From assembly GCA_965285935.1 (NCBI GenBank), contig OZ260663.1, positions 112,344,001-112,408,000 on the forward strand: a DNA stretch of 64,000 nucleotides, given 5' to 3'. Both the position numbers and the translations under genes were made by a program. The stretch's first letter is position 1. Every line of letters starts with the position of its first letter. The stretch comes from Ophelia neglecta. Taxonomy: Eukaryota. Shown one piece after another: positions 26,750-38,800 of the stretch. The notes under the pieces were generated by a model. That model was not told the origin of the DNA and searched no databases. It saw only the letters and a list, made by a program, of their open reading frames with translations.

Positions 26750-27977
26750 GTTCTGTTCTGCATTAACGTACTTGATCATTTAGGTAAAACGCTAGTGGAA
26801 GTTATACGGGTTTTAGCGGTATATGCCGGTTAAGTGTAAAAATGGTCTGACATGACTCCTTCACTGCTTTATCATCGCTCTCCTCACCTAAGCCTTTCCG
26901 CACATATAGTATAAATACTGGGGATTTTATGAAGGGCGAATTAAAATTCGCTATGTAGCCTTACCACGCTTTCAACCCTCTCAAACTGTCGTTTGTTGTC
27001 GGCCATAGGTCAGATCGACCAAGTTAAGCTGACGCAATGTGCATAAGCCAAGACTGCTGTACTGTCAATGTGAGTGCAGTGGAGCGTACATTTCCATTGC
27101 CTAGTGCTTTGTGCGCCAGAATCAAGCCACGCTATCATAGTTACTAGTCATGTAAACCTTGCATTAATTTCTCCTGTCTTGTTTCCCATACAATTGTAGA
27201 CGAAAAGAATAAAATCTACGTATTTTTAGAGAGACTGTCAAGGTAAATTTGGCTGCCATTCCACTCTCCAAAAATGTCGTAAGTGTTAAAAGATCAAAGG
27301 ATTAAAGATATGTAAATCCCGTTTACCTAGATCGCATATTTTTACGTGCTGAGTCAGTATGGGGGTTGGGTGGGGGCACCCGAGGGGGGTGGGTTGCAGA
27401 AGTGGGAACAGGTAATGTAAGGAAGGGTTTCGGCTAAGAGTAGAAGAGAGGGGCATACAAGAAGGGAGCGGGGCAGGATTGGCAGGGAAGAGGGGATTGG
27501 GGTTAGGATTAGGGTGGATGAGGGACAGGAACACCCCCCGCGGTGATAATTTAGCATCGGATCCCCTCCCCTATTAATTAAAGAAAATTGGAATAACCTT
27601 AAGAAATATGCGGCGGAAGTAGATACAAAGCTGTACACTGGGATCCAAGACTTCAGTCCACAGAGCCTTAAAGTCGAGCCAGTGATACAAATATTTGTAT
27701 TCAATGTTTCCTCTTTTTATAAAGACTAACGAATAAAATGCAGTGATGTATGACTGCTGCCCTACAATATACTGTAGCCAAAATAATAGTTGCGACCAAA
27801 TATGTCGTTGTAGGTACATGCCATAAAGGATATGTTACTGCACGCGAAACATCTTTGAGTTACAATACAGCAGTACCGACAACAAGTTAAGGCGTGCTGC
27901 TAGCTCTAGAGGCGCACTGACATGCTTTAAGGAAGTTAAATAGCCGGGGAATTTAGTAACGTCTGGGATCCTTAAAG

Positions 27978-30900
27978 ATGGCTACGCTTTTAACGATAGT
28001 CGTGTACAATATTCTGGTGATATCCTGCATTCTCAGAGCTGTGATGGGTAACGTTAAATAGTTTTTCTTTACATTATAATTTGCCATATCCTGAAAATTT
28101 TCTGTCTCGGGCGGCCTTCGTGGAGTTTATTCAGTCCAAGATAATCAAGACAAGAGTTTGACTGAAGGCTGATTAATCATAATCGACAAATCACACACTC
28201 ACCATGTATGTCATTATCCATATCATATGGTGTATTGTAGCTGACATCTGGTGCCGGACAGGGGCCGCCCATTAGGTGCCTGTTAGGTGAGATATGGTGT
28301 CAGGCAGCGGTTATATGGTATCTGTCAGCGGCCATCTCGTGTACGACAGCCGCCATCTGCTGTCTAACAATCGAATTTCTTGACCTCTACAACAGGCCGC
28401 CCATGAAAGACAGTTAATAATAATCTCGAGAGCCCTGTTCTCAGCCCTAGATCCAACTATGTTGTAGATTATCCTGGCTGTCTTAGCCCCGTGCTTTTCA
28501 CCAATGCCTGCTATCCTGGGCCGGTATGTTTGTATACAATACGGAAGTTTTAAATATTCTGTCTTGTATTTGCAACCATATTTGCCATCAAACCAAATGA
28601 TTTTAAGTTTCGCAAGACCGCCTTTGAATTCGTAAATGCACTTATATAAATTGGGGGTTGGCTTATAAACTTTGATCAACAAAGTATATAATAACTCGAT
28701 GTGTGGCCCGGGCTGACTGTCGGCTGTCAATGTACTGATTAAAAATGGCGCCGGTAGATTGTGTACTCTTCTTTACTTTACTGCTAAAACATTCATTTCA
28801 ACACAAACAAGTCTGCCTTGCTGGCCTCAAAGTTTTTGAACGCCGACAATTCTTATTCAATACATAAACCACATTCAGCTATGCAAGGCGGAGTGGCGAA
28901 GAGAGGGAGAGGGGTACGGGGACGGGGAGGGGGGGGGGGGTAGGGGGGAAAGGGGGGGGGGAGGAATCAAATCATAACAACTTGGACATCTAGCATCTTA
29001 TTATAGATATTGATCTTAGGAGCTCGCCAATATTTTGTTCCTCCATAATCCGGGAAAACTAGTTTATATGATAAACTTAAGTTCATGATTAACAATGTTT
29101 AGTAAAGTCAGTAGATAAACTGTGCACCACGGACTTGAGAAAACACTGTCTCAAGAATCTTATCATATATAACTGTTGTTTAAGATCTGTTGTTAAAGGG
29201 GAGGGAGATGTGATTGTTTTTTGGTGCGGTGTGCTGACGTAGTTATTGTTATTCCATATTTGGCTCGTTCAGAAAGCTATGGAAGTGTTATTTCCCGCTT
29301 TTTTTCGAAAGTAGGCCTATATATGCTTTGCAGATCAGTGCATGAAGCCATGTACCAGTGTTGTTTTGCAGAGTAGGAAACATCATTACGTGGCTGTTTC
29401 TTACGGCAACAGTGAGAGTCAGAATTTATTATTGTTACTACCGAATACTTTTTATTATTTTATCATATTGTATAAATTAATTCTGTATTACTGGCGCTTT
29501 TAATTCAGCAAGGGTTAGTAGTGCTGGCGGATTAAGACCCGACGTTCTGAGCGACTGTAAATGCTCTAGGATTGCCATAATATGGAATAAGCTCTTTAGT
29601 ATTTGTGAGATTATAAACGGTTTTATCTCATACAACACAAATTAAGAAGGACGAAAGGTCTCTGACGTGCTGTTCTATAGTTCCATGATATCATTTTCTT
29701 GTCCTAGCTGTAGATCGTTATGGTGACGTCACCCAGGGCGCGGCGTTCCCCTGTAGATGTTCCGATGGCTGTGACCCTGATAACGGGACCTGTCTTAATA
29801 ACGGTTCTTGTTTAGATGGCAAACCACGTGGTAAAGGACACAGATGGCACGGACATGGATGTCGGATTGGTAAGAATTGGTGATATTAGTCTATTGATCG
29901 TGAAGCTCTGTATGTATGCAGAGTTGATATGACATGTAATTACAAAGTATTTAATATTAGGGATGTTATGGTAATGGGATTTGCGCAAACTTGAATTGTG
30001 AGGTTTACGGGTTTTGACAAACTTCTGATCAGTTCGTGATCAATGGCCAATCTCGGGTAACAGCAATTTCCATCGAATTACATTTACTAGCCGTTCTCTC
30101 AACTGTGACTTTATATGTACTGACTGATATTTAGAGATATTTCATACAGAAAACTCCTCATAATAAGAGGTCGGATTGACGGACTCCGATGTTTTACAAA
30201 CAAACTTAAACCATTATTGAGAGGCTGATATGCATCAAGCTTTCAGACATCTTTGTTTGCCAAAAAAAAAAGATGATCTGAATTAATTACAGACTAGCGG
30301 GAATGTATCGTAATATGGCGTATCGTATTCATATAAATAGCTGGAATCCACGCGATTCGATTAATCGATACATTGGGGAAACGTGACGCCCTCACTAAGC
30401 ATGAATCTATGGAGTGTGATACACATTAAAGGTTCTCTTCACATCTCACCTGTGGAATCACTATTCCAGGTAACGTGGCCTACCGTCAGCATGCTTACCA
30501 GAAAGGGACTTGGATGTTTCGTGGGAAAATACCTGCAACAGCTGGTTTGGCTGTCGACGGTGACATAAATCCTGACCAAGGTCAATATCATTGTGCTCAT
30601 ACCGGTAACCTATCCTCCAGTGACCCGAGCGCCGCCTGGTGGTATGTCGACCTGGAAACTGACCACGTGATCTACAGTGTAACCTTGTTTAATGTGGATC
30701 ACGATGTGTATAGTATGTATATGTATTTCAATATTTTAATATTTTTGAATTGTTAATCATGTTGGCCATGAATCGGGATCTCAATGCAATATCATTACAT
30801 TTTAAGTTAGGATGTCTGAATTCCGGATAACTGTCGGTAACACAACCGATATCAAAAATGGTAGGGGATGTGTACGGCACCAGGGTCCAGTGACCAGAGG

Positions 30901-33887
30901 TGGGCATCTCACTCTCAACTGTACAACTACCATGACTGGTAGATATGTCGCCTATGTCAGCGAGAGAACGTCTCCGCCGGAATACATTCGTTACATGACA
31001 ATCTGTGAGTTCGTAGTTACTGGGAGATCATTTGTCGGTGAGTAAGAGTGAAGCAACCTACGTTTCATTGCTGAAATATGTGGGGTTTAGATCAGTGTTT
31101 CCGACTTTTGCGTCCGACTTCTTAATTGGAGACTTAATTAATGCCTTATTTTGCCGTTACACGATAATAATAATAAAAAGAAGAGGATAAAGGGTCAATT
31201 TTCTTTTCTTTTTTCCAATTCACTTGAAATGGCCAGAAAAACAACGAAAAATAAACTTTTAGCGCAATCAACCCAGTACTACCCCCCCCCCCCCCCCCCA
31301 CCGCCTTCCCTACCTTCTCGGTGATTTATTCATATCTGCCATGAAAATTTTTAGATTTCTCCGAATAGTTAATCAATTCATAGTCAATACAGTCGATATA
31401 GTCCATTCATTCTTTGCAAGAAAATTGCCGAGTTTGCGCGCTTCATCACTGTCTCTTTCGTCGCGGTCCCTGCACTACGTTTTTGCTGAATCGCACTTAC
31501 GTGTACAATAGTGAACATTTTTACTTTAGTACTAATGGTCGAAGTCTCGTAAAACAGTATTTCAAGCACATCGTTGCGGACTACATATATTGAGTTTAGT
31601 GTTTGCTAGTTGCAGACAAAACAAATGTGTTCGGCGTAGTAGGAGTAAATCTCTTGCTTTATTGCCTTCAAGGCCCAGTGGATATCACACCATATTGTCT
31701 TTGAGAAATAGGAACGGAATAATTTCTGTAGAATGCAGAGAGGCGGAGCCGTTGGATATTGGCACGATTAAAACCCTAAGGAACAGCTTTTTAATTAGGC
31801 TGATTTCGGCTTGACCCTCGAATTAACTACTTCCATTTTGTGGTCATTTAATAAGGGAATCTAGTTCATTCCGAAGTGATTGAAAAACCATATTTTAAAT
31901 AAAAGTGTTTTTGCCCCAACCTATACTTTAAGAGTGACCAGTGATCTGGTTTACCAAACCATAACCAAATCCCAACCTTCCGCCGCCAAATAAATATATT
32001 TTCATGTATGTTTATCAGATTGCAGCCATTGTCCTCCCCCGGCCACCTGCGACGACTACGATGGCTGCAGTAGTTGTCCTAATGGAACCAGACTACCGAA
32101 CTGTACAAGATGTGGGTCTCTATTATACCAAATCTCCAATAATTAATACAGCAGAAATTTGGCATGGGAACTTACAAGTTTTAAAAGCATTGAAATTTAA
32201 GTATGTTCAATAACCTCAAATTAGTAAATATGTTATAGCTTGTATATCTGGTTGGTATGGGGAGAGTTGTGAGGCCACATGCAGTGACCACTGTAAACCG
32301 GACAGTGACCCGCCTTGTAATAGAGTGTCTGGGGTGTGTACCGACGGATGCAAAGAAATCACTGATGTCAAGAAAGACGTTTGGTGGCTGGGAGACAGGT
32401 GCGACATCAAAATAAGTAAGTAAGGAAGAACACTGTTACATAACCTGACATCACAATGTAAGTAGCTGATAGTCTTTGTTGGTAAAATTTGGACCAGGCT
32501 GTAGTTACTTGGTTATATTGCCAATCTCTAATTTCTCAATATGATTATCTTGAATGGTACTCGTCATAGGGCCTCAGCCATCCGCTGGTTATAACACATA
32601 CTTCAAAAGGGCTTTCATAGCCACATTAAATCACAGAAATCCCGGTTTTGCATCTTTTCACCCAATTCCAGCGGCTACAACGCCGTGATTTAAGTATATC
32701 AAAACCTACAATCATGCTCACTTTATCTTTCAGACCACGTGTTAAACGCAGCCATTACTAGATTGTCTGGAACAGCAGCCAGCTCTACCACGGTTATACT
32801 GGAATGGAATTACTCAGAATTCATCTCAGATAACGCGGCTCCATATATTGGCTACCAAGTGTTCAGCAAGGGAAATGGCAGCCAGTGGAGCCGAGAAGTG
32901 AGCGTTAAACACCACACATTAGGCCAGCAGCAGGTGATAGTGGTAGGACTGGAGCCTGAGACCAGGTACCAGTTTGGCTTGTCTGTGTACAGGGTGTATA
33001 CAGACGGAATGGTGCACGAGGGGAGTGGAAAATACCCTGAGGTCAACGTTACAACATCAGCAGGTAAAACCGAGTCGTGTTATCTAGTCTCCATCCTCAT
33101 CCTCCCCCTAGGGTCCTCGCCACTCTCTCTCCCTCGGAGGGAGAGTGGCGACTAATCCTGTACCATACAACACCCAGTTAAACGCCGCTAGGCGGTGCAT
33201 GAGTGATTTCCATACAAGGACGTTTTCTATGGAAGAACTTGTGTATCCTTGTGTAATCATGTATTTTCCTCTAGTTCCAAAGCAATCTCCTGAAACCTCG
33301 TCTTCTTCAACTATGATATCGACATCGCCATTCGATGTATCTGGGCAAAATTGTGTTGTACCTTAAACACCGGGTTGATAGCGGGACTGGCTGGAGCAAA
33401 CGCTATCACACTCGCCATTGTCCTGGTTTTATCAGTTATAGTGATAAGGTAGAAAGCTTTTCTACAAACTAACACAAAAAGGTGCACGTCAATATCGTTT
33501 TATGGTAAGTGTAGTCTTAAATATAGAAATTATTCAATTTAAGGAAGAAGAGAAATGAATTGAAGCCGAACCCTGGAATGGAGGCAACAAACCAACAAAC
33601 CGTTCAGACATCGTATGAGACATTAGATCTCGGCCGCTCCTCAGTAAACCATGGACCCACTACTGGCGCTGAATATAGTATTATATTTTTTGGTGTTTTT
33701 CTTTCTGATTATTACATGTAAAGCAAACAATTCTTGGTTTATCAGTCCCAACCTGCCAGAATAATTCAAGATTTGTGTTTCAGGTGAACTGGATCTACCG
33801 AAGGAGCTCTGTCCTCCACGACCCACGCCGTATCTGCAGTCAACCGGACCAGACGATTATGAAAACATTCGGGGTAACAACGGATAA
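27978..33887 (+). CDS. Receptor copy C: A-type lectin-EGF-FN3 receptor truncated before the TM (secreted ectodomain or young pseudogene)
   Basis: Exons 27978-28047, 29708-29869, 30470-30712, 30807-31037, 32019-32111, 32239-32415, 32734-33063, 33275-33448, 33544-33677, 33784-33887. The ectodomain frame is intact. A 10-nt deletion relative to A (TGCCAAGGCA) near 33357 gives TAA at 33364-33366. The downstream TM and tail exons are otherwise open. Confidence 0.82.
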
Positions 33888-35824
33888 AGATCCATTTCAA
33901 AAAACAACCTATCACATATATTTGGCATTTGTATCATAACAGCCTACCGCATAATTACAGTAACTGTTATTTTTGCCCATACTGTTATAAATTGCCAACT
34001 TTGAACAGTTGTTTTAGAACTTTACTAACCCTTTTCTGTGGGCTAAAGCTTTCATTGACGTAGAAGGTTAATGCTAGTCACATCAGTTAATATGTATGTG
34101 CTTATTTTCGGACATATCTAAAAAAACTATAAATTGTGTATATATTTATGCACCTTGCTTATAACGCGTGCATTGTAAAAGTCACTAGCTGATTTGTTAT
34201 TGGGCTAGAAAGCATCTATATTACCCCATATTTACCCCCTAGACCTTTGATGTTTTGAAGTAATATAATTGGGTCCACGAACTAATAAGTAATTTTCTAT
34301 GCATTAATTTTTATTGACAATCATTATATACATACATAGATTGCTCTTGTTACGATTTTTTTTTCTACTCGTGCATCAAACACTCTTCACATTTATTAGG
34401 GCTTTCTCACAAGTTTACCTATTGCTTGTTTGTTTTATAGTTTCATGTATACATTGTTCATAGCAAATGATACTTAACATTGAATTGTTAGAATCATGCG
34501 TCAGTATATAGTCTCGCGATTATTTTCCCATTTTATTTTATTTAGTATTATAGACTTCAATAGATGCTTTAAAAAATTGTTCGAAGTTTCTAACATAATT
34601 GATTTTACTACAAACATAGCCATTTCTTTAAATGCCCCGATGACATTTTACCGACTAAAAAGGATAACTGCCACCAAGCAGGGTACTTGTCGTTGAGAAG
34701 TTGCAATTTTCAAAAGTGCTCAAACAACATCTGTATTTAACTGATATATTCGATTCTAGTTTGGTTTCCTACGCGCCCCCAAGGCAAATCTCTATAAAGT
34801 GTGACTTTATAATGGTATGTGGTAGTGTAGAATTGCCGCCTTTTTTAGTTAGCACCGTTGTAACATCAAGCGCCCATAGGACTATTTTCTTATTGGCCGA
34901 CGCAGCCATGCATAACAGGCGGTAAATTCAGTCCTACCCGCTACCTTTACCGGCATTCTGCCGTTAGCCTTCCTTGTGCAAGGAGGCCTCACCAAACCTC
35001 GCCATTAATCTAGTTTCTTGGACATAGTCCAGTTCCTTACTGGGTAAGTCACTATGCAGTATTTCCTGTGTTAATTCTTAATTTATATCAAGCTATATGT
35101 AAAGCTCTAAATGGCTATCTTTAATTGTAAATATCATTTGAACCGCTTTAATAATTTGATCATAAAGAATATGAAATGTTCCTCGAATTACCGAACGTAT
35201 CTACACATTGTATTTTATTATGTTACAGATAATAAATTGCAATACCATACAGATCTACTAATCAAACGATACAATAAACTATATAACATAAACCCACCCT
35301 GAGGATTTGTGATTTTCCTATACCACACACACATATATAAATATATAAATATATACATATATATATATATAATATATATGATATATACTACCTCAATACT
35401 ATCTACAATTTATTGTGTATTTCAAAGAAAACAAACATACAAATGCCAATTTCCAAAATACTATAATTGAATTCTTTTCATATATCTTTCAATGGTGTAC
35501 TTGAAACATCAGCCAACAATGGCTTATAATACAGACTGCTTCCCTTAATAATGATCCAGGTTGTAGTGAATTCAGGAGGAAATCATTTCGTTATGACCGC
35601 CGCCATTAGCCTTGTGCACTGATCATGTTTGACTGCTTGGGGTGTGTTTGATGTTTTCCAAAACGAACCAAAACCTTTGGCTTTAAATTTACATTTCCAT
35701 GAGATGTTAAACAAGCCAAACTTTTGCTCAGGTAACCCACTGGAAGCCAGAAGTTTTTTTTTATTCAGGTTAGCTTTAAAAGTAAATTATAACTGTCCCA
35801 TATGCAGTCGAGGAGGACCCTGTA

Positions 35825-38800
35825 TTAGTTCGGTTTCACATAAACATTGAAGAAGTTGTCCCTGAGATTGTCAGAAGGCTCAACGTTGGTTGTGAAAAGG
35901 ATAACCCGGAATTTATTGAGAGTTTCTTCCGCAAAGTAAATTTCATTCTGCATCTCCGGTGGATCTGTGTCGCGCATAAACGGCTTGAAACTGAAAATAT
36001 ACAACATATATGTACCTTATCTCGATATGACTTATATAACATTTCAAAGAAGAGACAATGCGTTTATGTGATCGAGAGGAGTAAGGCTGTTTTGTAATTG
36101 CATGGATATATGCCAGATGACCAAACCCATAATTTTAACATAAAACGAGTATCTGCTTGAAACATTAAGTTAACAAAATTCATCTTAAAGTGATTCAACT
36201 CATGATAGTTCGGTAAAATACAAAATCACCGAATCATATTATAAGGAACAAATATTAAATATATATCAATACAAGTCCCGGAATTACTGGTAATTGTCAA
36301 ATACCTTGGTTTCCTTCTATATTATGCATGTGTATGTATAATATATCTCACTGTATATGCTTTTTTATTCAAGTACGTGCTGGCTATGTTATAATGTTAA
36401 AACTTTTTGCTTGATCTAGTTCTATATGTGTGTAAGCCCAAGAGGGATTTTTATCTGTTTCTAGGATTAGAAAAATGTTGGTTTTATGTTTTTATAATCC
36501 GCCAGAACTTATTTATTTATTTTTTATACACCAATATTATATAAACCTACAGTTATTCATCAACATTTAAGTTCTGCAACTTACTTTTCAGGGAGTAGTA
36601 TAGATCGGTCCATGATCTTCTCCCAGACGCCCGGCTGTAGAGCCTCCCATCGGGCTTTTAAGGCATTAGTGACGTCAGAATCACTAAGGTCAAAGACGAT
36701 CGCAGTACCAAATCTGTAACCAACAAGAACATGGGTTTACCAAAAACACAAGAAAAACCACAGCATTTAATTGAAATATTGACAAATGTCTTGTTTTCCG
36801 CAAAAAACATGTATTTTCTCTTTTTAGCATACAACAGCCTATCCTCAACTGTTTGCTCGGTCGGCACCAGTGACGTCAGCAATTGCAGCACCGAATCCAA
36901 CAAGAAATTGTTTAGATAAACTAAATTTGGCCACTTAGGACTTTGATTCATTCATATATTGAAAAAGTTTGATGTCTGCCAAAAAACGCTTATTGTGTTG
37001 GTTAAGCTTAATAAATAAATTAATAAACAGGTTGCTTATCAAAGTTTTAAAACTGAACCATTTAGTGGACACATCTTGTCTAATTTTATGAACAAAATAT
37101 GATGAATTAATCGAGAACTGTTTATCTAATGAACATTTTCATTGTTTTTTTTTTGCTCAACAGCGGACAGTGTTTGAAAACAAAGGAACGAGGAGTTATA
37201 AATATGCGAGAAGCAATCCCTACTATATTAAATCAGGGTTAGCTGCTATACTAGGCAAAGATTATGGGCCGATTTAGATAACTTTTCGAGAGAAGTTAGA
37301 CTGGGACTATGGCTCAACATTATTTACTTAGAAATCAAGGTCACAGCACGACCTTGAACATTTCAAAGGTCAATGTCTCAGCTTTTGTTGAAATTGTGTC
37401 ATGGTCCGTACATACTTGTATATGTAATCAAAAGGTGACCGAAAAGTCAACGGTTCAAATATCGCCACCGCAAAGACTGCTTTCCTTTATTCTATAACAT
37501 GCTTATCATTAAAATGTGATAATGAGGCTCCGAGGTCAAATCCTTCAACGGCAATTTTATTTATTTTTCCTTATTTTCAAAGGGCAAAGATATCGTATCC
37601 TGTAAGACACATTTTTTATTTATTTTGGTACACAAAAGCACTCTCAGATAATCAATGGGATCATGTTTTATCAGCCTAATCAGAGTAGTTTTCCTCTCCA
37701 TATTTATTCTGTCAGAACAAACCATGTTTGTAGTAGTTAAAATATGAGGCACCGTGCTTTTGATGATATAATTCATGAGCCCGTAGGGGCGAGTTGTTTA
37801 GATCAATAAAAACTCGGCGACTTGAAAACTGGGTGTGTATTCATGGATGTAATGCACGGCCACAGTAGATACAGCTTTGTTACCATACTTTTTTAAAACT
37901 ACTTAGAAAGTTTTTAAAACTACTAAGAAGAGTGGATTCAAGACATTTGTATTACTACTTATCACATAAATCAATCTTATTGTAGTAGCTATTATGTCTG
38001 AAACCAACTCCTCCTTAACTTCTTCATTATCACTCCGTTCTCCTAGGGCAATTGTTTCCCACTAATTCATACAGAGATATACGCATTTTTAGAGGGACTA
38101 AGGAGAATTAGCTGCTTTGCCCTTACAACATTTTCCATTCTCTAAAAATGCCATGTACATGCCAGCCATAAAGATCAAGGTCCCAATACAATGAAGGCGT
38201 CATGTATTGGCATAGTGCCAGTTTATATGCGTAACTTTGTAAAGTATAGTGTCCAAGTTTGTGAGTTGTGAGTGCACAACTTGAATGCAGTGGTGGCAGG
38301 AGTGACATTTTTAGGTGCCAACTCAGTATGTGTAATATATGCACAGTGTCCTTGTTTGTTCAACTGAGTATGTAAAGTGCAGTACGTGGTGGTGGAGTTA
38401 TTGTTTTTGAAGGGAGGGGCTCTGGGGCGGCAAGGACAGGAGTGGGATGAAATGGCAGGACTGGGAGGGCAGAGAGCGATAGTAAAAGAATGGGAGGGGC
38501 AGCAGTGGGAGGATGGGAGTGGGGCACGAGTTGGAGAGAGAGAGAGGGCTGGAGTGGAAGGTATGGAGAGACAGGAGTGGGAGAACGCGCAAGAGTGAGA
38601 GTGCGGGGAGGGAGGCATGACTGGTGGGGATGGGCGAACAGCACAGGTAGAGAACAGAAGTGGAAGTGCGGGGCGGGGGAAGGAGGGGATAGGGTTATTT
38701 GCCAACCATTTATTTTAACGGGTTTACAGCTAGTGAATAATGTGACACTACAAAGGGCCTATCTGGGCTGACATATGGTAAAATGTACAACAGAATGTAC

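Noticed and set aside
27940-27960. NF-kB-like site upstream of copy C (GGGGAATTT)
   Set aside because: Only a partial consensus match and not conserved intact in copy A; too weak to support.
38223-38771. Several overlapping ORFs in GA/CT-rich DNA (also 27286-27704 and 53036-53476)
   Set aside because: Low-complexity sequence that is poor in stop codons.
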